Notes: generated by a model from the letters alone, not told the origin. A DNA stretch of 64,000 bases from Minisyncoccota bacterium (GCA_041661645.1 JBAZUA010000001.1:45618-109617), one strand, 5' to 3'; counted from the stretch's first letter, positions 8,524 to 18,130 are shown. A program made the numbers and translations.

Positions 8524-8889
8524 TTATGTGGGTCGAGGATAGTTTTTCCTCCCCCACAGCTCTTTGACGGGGCACACAAACATCAGGTAGGGAGGATTCG
8601 TTCTCCCTACAAGGCACTGTATTCCCTCAAACTCGCGTTTCCATGATACACATTTGGCTTCGGCCAACGCGATCGGAATTGTTCTTTGTCTTGTGGCCGT
8701 CTGGATTTTTTTCCGCGCCCACGCCATCTCGGGTCTCCCTTTCGGAAACCCATCTGACGCATCCCTCACCAGATCGTCACCCACCCCTTTAAGCCGCTTC
8801 CTCATCTTTTTTGAGAAGCGGCTTTTCTATTGCCCGATGCGCCCGGTCCCGATGTGCTAAAATAGGCTCGCAAGCCAAAATAAACCCAC

Positions 8890-9609
8890 ATGTCATTCAC
8901 CGTAAAGCAGAACAAGTTCGAGGGCCCTCTCGACCTCCTCCTCGACCTCATCGAGAGGAGGAAGCTTTTCGTGAACGATGTCTCCCTGGCACAGGTTGCC
9001 GACGACTATATCGCCTATGTCCGAAATCTCGCGGACTTTCCCGTGGCAGACAGCGCCCATTTCGTCCTCGTCGCCTCGACGCTCCTCCTCATCAAATCCA
9101 AATCACTCCTGCCGACACTCAACCTGACCGTCGAGGAAGAGGCGAGCGTCAAGGACCTGGAGCATCGCCTGAAGATGTACGAGAAGATTCGCGAGGCGAG
9201 CGTAGGCGTGAAGGCCCTCTTTGGGGCGCGGCTCCTCTTCGCCCGAAGCGAGCGAGCCCTCGCTCCCACCTTCTCGCCCGATGCCGACATGACCGTCGGG
9301 AACCTCTTCGCCGCCATCGGCCGCGTCCTGGCCCATCTCCCGAAGAAGGAGTTCCTGCCAAAGGTGATCATCGACAAGGTCATGTCCCTCGAGGAGATGA
9401 TCGGCAACCTGACCGAGCGCATCGGCTCGGCCCTCAAGATGAGCTTCAGGGAGTTCTCGGGCACGGGTAAGGCCGAGCGCGTCCATGTCATCGTCTCCTT
9501 CCTCGCCATGCTCGAGCTGGTCAAGCAGGGCGTCATACAAGTGAGCCAGGAGAGGCATTTCGACGACATACAGATGCAGACCGAGAGCCTCGACGTGCCG
9601 CGATATTAA
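8890..9609 (+). CDS. scpA: segregation and condensation protein A
   Basis: N-terminus MSFTVKQNKFEGPLDLLLDLIERRKL… typical of ScpA; immediately followed by scpB. Confidence 0.85.
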   Translation: MSFTVKQNKFEGPLDLLLDLIERRKLFVNDVSLAQVADDYIAYVRNLADFPVADSAHFVLVASTLLLIKSKSLLPTLNLTVEEEASVKDLEHRLKMYEKIREASVGVKALFGARLLFARSERALAPTFSPDADMTVGNLFAAIGRVLAHLPKKEFLPKVIIDKVMSLEEMIGNLTERIGSALKMSFREFSGTGKAERVHVIVSFLAMLELVKQGVIQVSQERHFDDIQMQTESLDVPRY

Positions 9610-9675
9610 GAAGCCGATACCGGGAACACCCTGGATACTAGAACTTTATTCGCATTAGGCTATACTGGAAACACC

Positions 9676-10224
9676 ATGAATCCGCTCAGCCTGGAATCAC
9701 AGCTCGAAGCGCTCCTGTTCTGGAAAGGGGAGCCGATGTCGACCAAGAAGATCGAGGCGGCTTTGGGCTGCACGGCCGATGAGCTGGCCGCGTCCACGAC
9801 CGCCCTTGAGGCCAATCTGGGTGGCCGCGGCCTCCGCATCATGCGCCACGAGGGCGAGCTTGAGCTGCGCACCGCTCCCGAGGCGAGCGACCTCATCACG
9901 AAATTGACCAAGGAGGAGCTCATGCGAGACCTCGGCAAGGCCGGCCTCGAGACCCTCTCCATCATTTTATACAAGGGGCCCGTCAAGCGATCCGAGATCG
10001 ACTACATACGCGGGGTGAACTCGTCCTTCATCGTCCGAAACCTGCTCGTCCGCGGACTGGTCGAGCGCATGGCCGAGAAGGAGGGCGACAAGAGGGGATT
10101 CCTCTATGGCCCAACCCTCGACCTGCTCGCCCACATGGGCGTGGCAAAGAGGGAAGACCTCCCCGATTACGAGAAGACCCGCGCCGAGCTCGAGGCATTT
10201 TCAGCAACAAGCGATGAAGCCTAG
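9676..10224 (+). CDS. scpB: segregation and condensation protein B
   Basis: Tandem winged-helix pattern (LEALLFWKGEPMS…; …ILYKGPVKRSEIDYIRGV…) typical of ScpB. Confidence 0.85.
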   Translation: MNPLSLESQLEALLFWKGEPMSTKKIEAALGCTADELAASTTALEANLGGRGLRIMRHEGELELRTAPEASDLITKLTKEELMRDLGKAGLETLSIILYKGPVKRSEIDYIRGVNSSFIVRNLLVRGLVERMAEKEGDKRGFLYGPTLDLLAHMGVAKREDLPDYEKTRAELEAFSATSDEA

Positions 10225-11146
10225 GAGCATGGCCATATTGCAGCTGAGCGCCCTGGCCCTGTGCCTCGGGCTCATCCTCTGGTGGGCATATCCAAAGGCG
10301 GCCGTCACCGTGCCTCAAGTACAGCTCAGCGAAAGCGTCTCCACAACGACCTCTCCCATCTTCGATGCGGTGAACATCGAGGCAAAATCCGCCTACGTAT
10401 ACGACACGGTGACCAAGAAAGTCATCTTCGACAGGAACTCCGACCTGCAGCTGCCGCTCGCGTCCCTGACCAAGGTGATGACGGCACTCGCGGTGTCCAA
10501 CCTTCTCTCGGACAGGGATGTGGTCACGATAACCCAAAGCGACCTGAGCGAGGACGGCGACACGGGCCTCGTGCCCAACGAGGAGTGGAGCGTCAAGGAC
10601 CTGCTCGACTTCAGCCTGATCGTCTCGTCGAATGACGGCGCCCGCGCCCTGGCATCGGTGGCAGGCGCCTTCCTCGGCCCGACCTCCTCGACCTCTGCCG
10701 TCGAGGCCTTCGTGGGCAACATGAACTCGACCGCAAAAGGGCTCGGCCTCACCGAGACCTACTTCCTCAACCCCTCGGGACTCGACGCCTCGGAAACCCT
10801 CGCCGGGGGATATGGGTCGGCAAAGGACATGGCCCTCCTCGTCGACCACATACTGAGGAACAAACCACACCTCCTCGAGGCAACCTCCTTTGACAGGCTC
10901 AGGATCTCGTCCGGCCTTGCAGCCCACGAGGCCCTCAACACCAACAAGGCGATCGACATGATACCGAACGTCATAGCCTCGAAGACAGGGTATACGGACC
11001 TCGCCGGCGGCAACCTGGTGGTGGCCTTTGACGCCGGCGTCGCCCACCCTATAATCATAGCCGTCCTCGGCTCCTCCTTTGACGGCAGGTTCCAGGATAT
11101 GGCTCAACTGGTTAGTTCCACGCTCGACTATCTGGCGCAGAAATAG
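10214..11146 (+). CDS. D-alanyl-D-alanine carboxypeptidase / serine-type PBP (S11-like)
   Basis: Signal peptide; SxxK (ASLTKVM), SxN (SSND) and KTG (ASKTGYT) motifs; start overlaps the scpB stop. Confidence 0.85.
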   Translation: MKPRSMAILQLSALALCLGLILWWAYPKAAVTVPQVQLSESVSTTTSPIFDAVNIEAKSAYVYDTVTKKVIFDRNSDLQLPLASLTKVMTALAVSNLLSDRDVVTITQSDLSEDGDTGLVPNEEWSVKDLLDFSLIVSSNDGARALASVAGAFLGPTSSTSAVEAFVGNMNSTAKGLGLTETYFLNPSGLDASETLAGGYGSAKDMALLVDHILRNKPHLLEATSFDRLRISSGLAAHEALNTNKAIDMIPNVIASKTGYTDLAGGNLVVAFDAGVAHPIIIAVLGSSFDGRFQDMAQLVSSTLDYLAQK

Positions 11147-11161
11147 GGCCTCGCCGTCTAT

Positions 11162-11190
11162 TTGACTTTTCTCATATATAGTGATACAAT
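11162..11190 (+). promoter_or_regulatory. near-consensus sigma70-type promoter (TTGACT-17 nt-TACAAT)
   Basis: Hexamers at 11162-11167 and 11185-11190, ~85 nt upstream of the 11274 start. Confidence 0.5.
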
Positions 11191-11273
11191 AGTACAAGGA
11201 AATACACCCAAGCTCTTTGAGAACTCAACAGCACGTTGTTTCTTTTTCCGGCTTACCTACGAAAGGATTAGAC

Positions 11274-12575
11274 ATGAGCGAAAGCTCCGTCAGCGAAACC
11301 ACTGCCGGCCAAGGCGTCAAAGCCAAGGCTGTTGTCATCATCAACACAATCATCACTCACGCCCGTCCTCACTGGGACGAGACCGTGGGCATAACCCTCA
11401 TCCAGGACTACGGCAAGGACACGTTCGATACCAGCGGGGCCAGCATCATCACCGTCAAGGGTGACCCCAAGGAAATCGAAGCGTATGCCAAGCGCCCCGA
11501 TCTCATCATGATCGGCGTCGGTGGCGACCTGGTCAAGATGAAGGGTCGGCAATGCTTCATCTTCGATGAGCACGGGCTCACCGACAAGAAGTGCGCGGCG
11601 GACCTCGTGGCGGAATATCTCGGCGTTGACGAGCGGCTCATGCCTCTCCTCATCGAGGTTCGCGAGAGCGACCTCGAGCGCAAGAATAACCCCCTGTCGA
11701 TGGCGACTGTCCTGAAAGTGAGCCACGACCAACGCCCCCACGAGGAGGCCAAGGTGATCGAGCTCGGACTGCGGGCCGCGAAAGCGATCTGCGTCAGCCT
11801 TCTAGGCACGGGCTTAGTGGCAAAGGATCCCGACACCTTCCTGGTGAAGGCCTCCGAGGCCTACGTGAAGATTGGCGGGGCGAACGGCGTCAAGCCGATC
11901 GTCTTCAAAAATCTGATCGAACAGCTCCAGGTGGCGGCGGCCGCGAAGACCTTTTCCGAAATCAGCACGGTGTTCTACATCATGCAGGCGGAAAACAGGG
12001 AAGAAGCTGGATATTGGCTGAGCAAGGTCCTCACGGACCTCGTTCGTCGCCACGTCGACTTCGACCGTGCGCTCGAGGACTTCAACTCAAATCACGACGA
12101 AATCAGCGTCCCGTTCGGAAACAACGGCGCGACCATCCGAGTCGCCTTCATGAAAATGGAGAAGGAGTATGGCCTGATGGATCAGGTCTTCCGGTGCAAG
12201 CAGGCCGGCGGATGCGACATGTTGATCCTGAAGAACACGAGGGGTCAAGTCTGCATCTTCACCAATGACAAGGGTCAGAAGGGGAGATTCGACCTCGATC
12301 CTCTCGCGAGAATGATCCGCTGGGCGGAAATCGCGAAGTCGAAGCGCCACCCTGAGGGTTGGTGGTCGCTCAGTTGCGACCGTGATCATCCGGGCGTATG
12401 CCAGTGGCATTACTTCAAGAAGGGCTCGATGCTGCTGAATGGGAGCAAGAGCAAGCCCGATGTGCCTGCTACGCGGTTGGGTTACGAGGATTTCGTCTAC
12501 ATCCTCGGGTGCGCGTTCTCGGCGAACGGCATCAGACAGTTCATCAAGGACAGTCAGGTGGACACGAAAAAGTAA
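11274..12575 (+). CDS. hypothetical protein (433 aa), stand-alone transcription unit
   Basis: RBS AAAGGA 6 nt before ATG 11274. Own consensus promoter and own terminator. Cys/His/Trp-rich C-terminal part (…GWWSLSCDRDHPGVCQWHYF…). No domain I can assign. Confidence 0.6.
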   Translation: MSESSVSETTAGQGVKAKAVVIINTIITHARPHWDETVGITLIQDYGKDTFDTSGASIITVKGDPKEIEAYAKRPDLIMIGVGGDLVKMKGRQCFIFDEHGLTDKKCAADLVAEYLGVDERLMPLLIEVRESDLERKNNPLSMATVLKVSHDQRPHEEAKVIELGLRAAKAICVSLLGTGLVAKDPDTFLVKASEAYVKIGGANGVKPIVFKNLIEQLQVAAAAKTFSEISTVFYIMQAENREEAGYWLSKVLTDLVRRHVDFDRALEDFNSNHDEISVPFGNNGATIRVAFMKMEKEYGLMDQVFRCKQAGGCDMLILKNTRGQVCIFTNDKGQKGRFDLDPLARMIRWAEIAKSKRHPEGWWSLSCDRDHPGVCQWHYFKKGSMLLNGSKSKPDVPATRLGYEDFVYILGCAFSANGIRQFIKDSQVDTKK

Positions 12576-12597
12576 ACGAGTAGCCGAAAGGCCGACT

Positions 12598-12642
12598 CAA
12601 GACGGGAGATGCAGTAACATGCTCTCCCGTCTTTTTTATTTC
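12598..12642 (+). terminator. rho-independent terminator
   Basis: AGACGGGAGA…TCTCCCGTCT hairpin + TTTTTT. Confidence 0.6.
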
Positions 12643-12662
12643 CATATCGCCCCGCGACTGAT

Positions 12663-13778
12663 ATGATGAGTGTCATGAAAACGGCCCGCATGGACAGACA
12701 GCTCCTCATATCGACGCTTCTCCTCGCGGGCGCCGGGTTCCTCATATTCATGTCGGCGTCGCTCGGGCTCCTTTCTCGTGACTCAGTCACTTTCGGTTCA
12801 ATTGCCTTCAGGCAGATATTCTTTGGCCTGGTGCCTGGACTCATCGCCCTGTATTTCGCCTCGAGGACGCACTATCTATACTGGCGCAAGATATCTTTCT
12901 GGATATTCCTGCTTTCCATAGTCCTCAACATACTCATACTCATACCCTGGCTCCATATAGGCTTCTCCCACGGCGGAGCGACGCGCTGGATGCACATAGG
13001 ATCGTTCACCCTCCAGACGTCAGAACTGCTCAAGGTCGCCGCCGTGCTCTATTTCGCGGCCTGGCTGTCATCGGTCAAGGAACGGGTGGCGACCTTCAAG
13101 GAGGGATTCCTGCCCCTCATGGCCATCATCGTCATCGTCTCCGTGCTCCTGCTCCTGCAGCCCGACCACGACACCCTGGTCGCCATCATCGTGTCGCTCA
13201 TGGCTATGTACATGGTGGCGGGAGGGCAGTGGCGATGGGTGGGCGCGCTCGCCGTGGCGGGAGTGCTCGGCCTCGGCCTCGTCTACATGACCTCGCCCTA
13301 TATCGCCTCGCGCATCAACACCTTTGTGCACCCGTCCCAGCAAGCCGAGGGGGCGGGCTATCAGATACAGCAATCGCTCATCGCCGTCGGATCGGGGGGC
13401 GTGACGGGACGAGGTTTCGGCCAGAGCATACAGAAATTCAACTATCTGCCCGAGCCGGTGGGGGATTCCATATTTCCCGTGGCCGCTGAGGAATTCGGGC
13501 TCATGGGCTGCATGGTCCTGATCGGCCTCTTCCTCTTCTTCACCCTGCGCTCGTTCGTGGTGGCGAGCAGGGCGAACAGCCCCTTCGGCGGATATGTCAT
13601 CGTGGGAATCACAACCTTCATGATCTGCCAAGCCTTCATCAACATAGGCTCGATGATCGGCATACTGCCGCTCGCAGGCATCCCACTGCCATTCGTGAGC
13701 CAGGGAGGCACGGCACTTCTCTTCGCCCTGGGACAGGCGGGCATCATGCTCAACATATCGAGATATATGCTAAAATAG
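12663..13778 (+). CDS. SEDS-family peptidoglycan glycosyltransferase (FtsW/RodA)
   Basis: ~10 predicted TM segments; conserved SEDS motifs (…NYLPEPVGDSIFPVAAEEFG…; …PLPFVSQGGTALL…). Confidence 0.85.
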   Translation: MMSVMKTARMDRQLLISTLLLAGAGFLIFMSASLGLLSRDSVTFGSIAFRQIFFGLVPGLIALYFASRTHYLYWRKISFWIFLLSIVLNILILIPWLHIGFSHGGATRWMHIGSFTLQTSELLKVAAVLYFAAWLSSVKERVATFKEGFLPLMAIIVIVSVLLLLQPDHDTLVAIIVSLMAMYMVAGGQWRWVGALAVAGVLGLGLVYMTSPYIASRINTFVHPSQQAEGAGYQIQQSLIAVGSGGVTGRGFGQSIQKFNYLPEPVGDSIFPVAAEEFGLMGCMVLIGLFLFFTLRSFVVASRANSPFGGYVIVGITTFMICQAFINIGSMIGILPLAGIPLPFVSQGGTALLFALGQAGIMLNISRYMLK

Positions 13779-13801
13779 GCGGAATAACGAATACCTGACG
13801 C

Positions 13802-14928
13802 ATGAAAATACTACTCACAGGAGGGGGAACCGGCGGCCATTTCTACCCCTCATAGCCGTCGCAGAGGCCATACGAAAGATCGCAAAGGAGGAGAAGCTTC
13901 TCGACGCCTCGATATACTACATGGCGCCATCGAAATACGACGAGCGGGCCCTCTTCGAGAACGGCATCTTTTATCAGAAAAGCTATGCGGGGAAGATGCG
14001 CCGATACTTCTCCATACTCAACTTCACCGACCTGTTCAAAATCGCCTACGGCATCGCAAACGCCATCATCGATGTCTGGAACATCTATCCCGATGTTATC
14101 TTCAGCAAGGGCGGATATGTCGGCTTTCCGGTGCTTTGGGCGGCCAGGCTTCTGCGCATTCCCATCATCATACACGAGTCCGACTCGCATCCGGGCCGCG
14201 TGAGCCTCTGGTCAGCGAAATTCGCCCAGAAGGTAGCCCTCTCGTATCGAGAGGCGGCAAAGTACTTCCCGGCGGACAAGGTCGCCTTCACGGGCAATCC
14301 GGTACGAAGGGAGATACAAGAGACGCTCAAGGAGGGCGCTCGCGAGTTCCTCCGGCTCGAGGACAGCGTGCCGATAGTGCTCATACTCGGCGGCTCGCAG
14401 GGCTCGCGCAAGATGAACGATGCCGTGATCGACATACTGCCCGGCCTCGTCAAGAAATATTACGTCATACATCAGACCGGCAAGGACAACATCGAGGACA
14501 TGACGAACACCGCCAAGGTCATCCTGAACGAAAGCGTCTTTGCTGGCAGGTACAAGCCCTATGCCTATCTGAACAATCTCGGACTGCGCATGGCCGCAGG
14601 ACAGGCGAGCCTCATCATCTCACGCGCCGGCTCGACCATATTCGAGATCGCCCTCTGGCAGGTACCGTCGATCATCATCCCGATACCGGAAGAGATCAGC
14701 CACGACCAGAAGCCAAACGCCTTCGCCTACGCGTCGGCGGGGGCATGCTCTGTCATCGAGGAAATGAACCTCTCGCCGCACGTACTGTCGGCTGAAATCG
14801 ACCGCATCATCGAGAGCAAGGACATATCGGATGCCATGAGAAAGGGCGCCGCCACCTTCAGCCACAAGGATGCCGCCGAGATCATTGCCCGCGAGCTCAT
14901 CAGGGTGGCGCTGTCCCATACGAAATAA
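13802..14928 (+). CDS. murG: UDP-GlcNAc:lipid I GlcNAc transferase MurG, reading frame interrupted by a -1 shift in a C4 run (~13846-13849)
   Basis: MKILLTGGGTGGHFYP (classic MurG G-loop) in one frame runs into TAG at 13853. The rest of MurG (LIAVAEAIRK… to end) continues in the +2 frame from 13849. One extra C would give …HFYPLIAVA…. Confidence 0.8.
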
Positions 14929-14944
14929 GGTATACTTAAAAGCC

Positions 14945-16489
14945 ATGATATCCCTCATCAAAGCCCTCTTTTCAAAGAACCCGGAGTCGTCAAATGCCGG
15001 CACACCAGGCTCTGGCGTGGTTACCCGCTTTGCCCCGTCGCCGACGGGCTTTATGCATATCGGTGGCGCCCGCACGGCCCTTTATGCCTATCTCTGGGCC
15101 CGAAAGAACAACGGAACCTTCATACTGCGCATCGAGGATACTGACACCGAGAGGGAAGTCGAGGGCTCGATCGCCCACATTCAGGAGACCCTAAAATGGC
15201 TCGGCATCAACTGGGATTTTGGTCCCGACAGGAAGGACAATCCATTCGGCTCGTGCATTCAGTCCGAGCGACTCGACAGCTATCGCCAGTACGCCCAAAA
15301 GCTCGTCGACAAGGGCCTCGCGTATCCAGACCCCTATACGGCCGAGGAGCTTGCGGCATTCCGCGCACAGGCGGACCTCGAGAAGCGACCGTTCCTCTAC
15401 AGGCATCACAGACCCATCAACTTCGGCGTATGGAATGGCACCCAGGCACTGCGATTCAAGGTTGCGAAACCACGACGGTACAAGTGGCACGATGCGGTGC
15501 GCGGCGACCTCGAGGCAGGTGAGGAGGCGCTCGACGATTTCATCTTGATGAAGAAGGACGGCTATCCGACCTACAACTTCGCACACATCATCGACGACCT
15601 GCTCATGGGCGTGACGCATATCATGCGCGCCGATGAGTTCATCTCGTCCACCCCGAAGTTCCTCTCGCTCTACGAGGGCCTCGGCATACAGCCGCCGACA
15701 TTCGTCACCCTGCCGCCGATACTGCGCAGCGACAAGACCAAGAAGCTCGGCAAGCGAGACGGCGCAAAAGACATACTCGAATACCGCAAGGAGGGCTTCC
15801 TTCCCGACGCCATGGTCAACTTTTTGGCACTCGTCGGCTGGAACCCGGGTACCGAGAGGGAAGTGTTCAACCCGAAAGACCTCATCGCCGAATTCGACAT
15901 CGCAAAGATACACAAGGCCGGCGGCGTATTCAACGAAGAAAAGCTTCGCTGGATGAACAAGGAGCATCTCAAGCTCATGCCGATCGAAGGTGTCCGGGCC
16001 GACATTAAGGCCCGCATCGAATCGAACGAGCGCGCCAGTGACCTCAAATGGAACCTCACGCCCGAGATCGTGAAGACCATAACTCCCGTCATACTCGACC
16101 GCATCGAGGTGTATGCCGACATCGACACCATGATTGCAGAGCGCGACCTCGACTATTACTTCTCCGAGCCGTCATATGATGCGCTATCCCTCAAATGGAA
16201 AGACGAGCCGGATTTGACCAATACCATCAAGCACCTGAAGCATATCCGTGGCATCATGGCGGACATCCCCGACTCGAGATGGAATGAGGCGGACATCAAA
16301 GAGGCTGCCTGGCCCTACGCCGACGCAAACGGCAGGGGAGCGGTGCTCTGGCCGCTGCGATACGCCCTCTCGGGCAAGGATAAGTCGCCAAATCCGTTCA
16401 CGCTCTCAGCAATACTGGGCAAGGAAACCGTGCTCAGACGAATCGATGTGGCGCTTAAGAAATGCGCCGATCATGCACCTCTCGCATAA
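14945..16489 (+). CDS. gltX: glutamyl-tRNA synthetase
   Basis: Class I aaRS; HIGH region PSPTGFMHIGGARTALY; KMSKS-like region KLGKRDG; length ~514 aa; the upstream ORF extension is unlikely to be coding. Confidence 0.9.
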   Translation: MISLIKALFSKNPESSNAGTPGSGVVTRFAPSPTGFMHIGGARTALYAYLWARKNNGTFILRIEDTDTEREVEGSIAHIQETLKWLGINWDFGPDRKDNPFGSCIQSERLDSYRQYAQKLVDKGLAYPDPYTAEELAAFRAQADLEKRPFLYRHHRPINFGVWNGTQALRFKVAKPRRYKWHDAVRGDLEAGEEALDDFILMKKDGYPTYNFAHIIDDLLMGVTHIMRADEFISSTPKFLSLYEGLGIQPPTFVTLPPILRSDKTKKLGKRDGAKDILEYRKEGFLPDAMVNFLALVGWNPGTEREVFNPKDLIAEFDIAKIHKAGGVFNEEKLRWMNKEHLKLMPIEGVRADIKARIESNERASDLKWNLTPEIVKTITPVILDRIEVYADIDTMIAERDLDYYFSEPSYDALSLKWKDEPDLTNTIKHLKHIRGIMADIPDSRWNEADIKEAAWPYADANGRGAVLWPLRYALSGKDKSPNPFTLSAILGKETVLRRIDVALKKCADHAPLA

Positions 16490-17771
16490 AAAAAACACGC
16501 TCTGCGTCGTCATGCTGGCGGGGATAGTTCTCGTCACAGGATTCTCCTATGGGATCGCGCACGCAACCTCTGAGAGCGACCTGACCCAGCAGATCTCGGA
16601 CACCAACAGAAAGATAGCCGACCTTGAGGCCCAGATAAGCGGACTCTCCGCAAACCTCAACTCGACCTCAAAACAGGCCCAGACGCTCAAAAGCGCCTTG
16701 GCCACCCTCGAGCTCACCCGAAAGAAGCTAGAGACCGACCTGTCCCTAACCACAACCAAGATACGGAAAACCTCGCTCACCCTGACCGAGCTGGCGACGA
16801 GTATCTCCGCGACCGAAAAGAAGATAGGGAAGTCGTCCGACGCCGTCGCCCAGGGCATACGCAACATATCGATGGCCGAGGACCAATCTACCGTGCAGGA
16901 ACTCCTGAACCAGCACACCCTATCGGACGCCTGGGACTACGTGAATGCCCTGCGCGCCATACACAGCCGGGTGAGCGCAAGCCTGGCAGACCTCAAGGAA
17001 CTCAAGTCGAGTCTCGACAGCAAGGAATCCTCGGCCAGGCAACAGAAGGCTAGCCTGGTCACTCTCCAGAAAAACCTCTCGGGGCAAAAGCAGGCCGTCG
17101 AGTACAGCAAGACCCAGAAAAGCGACCTTCTCACCTCGACCCAGAACAGCGCCGCCGCATATCAGACGCAACTCGCCGCGGCAGTGACCCAAAAGGCGCT
17201 CTATGAAAAGGAGCTGGCGGAATACGAATCGAAGCTCCATATCCTCATAGACCCGACGGCCATACCAGCACCTCGACACGGCCTCCTGGCATGGCCCCTC
17301 AAGGACGTCTTCATCACCCAGTATTTTGGCTACACGGCTGCCGCCGCGATACTCTACAAGACGACAGGGAAGCACGGCGGCGATGATTTCAGGGCGGCGA
17401 TTGGCACACCGGTCTACGCGGCCCTTTCCGGCGTGGTGACGGATACCGAGGCGGTCAAGTACAAGGCCGGATGCCAGTACGGGAAATTCGTCCTGATCAA
17501 GCACCCGAACGGCCTCTCGACCATATACGGGCACTTCTCGTCAGTCTCCGTGAGCCCCGGCGACACCGTGCAGACCGGCGAACTGCTCGGGTACAGCGGC
17601 ATGACGGGATACTCCACGGGCCCGCATCTGCATTTCGGCGTCTATGCGACCGAGGGTATACGAATCGTGGACTCATCAGCACTCGGATCGGTCAACTGCA
17701 AAGGCATAAAGACCGTGGCCGCCGATCCAAAGGCCTATCTTGACCCACAGGGATACCTGCCAAACCTCTAA
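16473..17771 (+). CDS. M23-family (LytM/EnvC-like) peptidase with N-terminal anchor and coiled-coil region
   Basis: TM anchor, long Q/L/S-rich coiled coil, C-terminal M23 motifs (…HxxxD…GYSGMTGYSTGPHLHFGVY). The ORF's 5' extension overlaps gltX and is not coding. Confidence 0.8.
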   Translation: MHLSHKKNTLCVVMLAGIVLVTGFSYGIAHATSESDLTQQISDTNRKIADLEAQISGLSANLNSTSKQAQTLKSALATLELTRKKLETDLSLTTTKIRKTSLTLTELATSISATEKKIGKSSDAVAQGIRNISMAEDQSTVQELLNQHTLSDAWDYVNALRAIHSRVSASLADLKELKSSLDSKESSARQQKASLVTLQKNLSGQKQAVEYSKTQKSDLLTSTQNSAAAYQTQLAAAVTQKALYEKELAEYESKLHILIDPTAIPAPRHGLLAWPLKDVFITQYFGYTAAAAILYKTTGKHGGDDFRAAIGTPVYAALSGVVTDTEAVKYKAGCQYGKFVLIKHPNGLSTIYGHFSSVSVSPGDTVQTGELLGYSGMTGYSTGPHLHFGVYATEGIRIVDSSALGSVNCKGIKTVAADPKAYLDPQGYLPNL

Positions 17772-17812
17772 TCTAATATGTGCTACTATAAATACATATA
17801 AACTAGAGACAT

Positions 17813-18130
17813 ATGATCAAATACATCATCCTCGGCGTCATTGCGGTACTCGTCCTCAGCTATTTCGGATATGACCTTCGAACCATCGTGGAGGCACCGA
17901 CGACCCAGAACAACATCCACTACGTCTCGGGCGGCGTAGGATTCATATGGGATGAATATCTCTCCCAGCCGGTATTGTACTTCTGGAACAACATCTTCGT
18001 GGGCATACTCTGGAGTGCCTTCATCCATAACCTAGGCAAGGTGAACGAGGGTGCTCCAACCGAGCTCGAGGCCGCAGGACAAAGGCTCCTGCATGTCGGC
18101 GATCAGCCGTACACGCCGATAGCGGAATAG
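17813..18130 (+). CDS. small membrane protein, hypothetical
   Basis: 105-aa ORF with two hydrophobic helices. Confidence 0.35.
   Translation: MIKYIILGVIAVLVLSYFGYDLRTIVEAPTTQNNIHYVSGGVGFIWDEYLSQPVLYFWNNIFVGILWSAFIHNLGKVNEGAPTELEAAGQRLLHVGDQPYTPIAE

Noticed and set aside
8654-8860. 68-aa TTG-start ORF with a hydrophobic helix, ending 30 nt before scpA.
   Set aside because: It needs a TTG start and reads straight through a strong terminator-like hairpin with no RBS. It is more likely part of a non-coding structured region.
10028-11197. 389-aa minus-strand ORF antisense to the dacB-like gene. Similar long antisense or alternative-frame ORFs include 5259-5768, 8811-9470, 9015-9569, 14136-14795, 15191-15967, 16920-17534, 33686-34213, 35251-35976 and 39565-40488.
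   Set aside because: They are Arg/Pro/Gly-rich with low complexity, typical of stop-codon-poor alternative frames in high-GC DNA. Each overlaps a well-supported domain-containing gene on the other strand or frame. None has an RBS or recognisable motifs.
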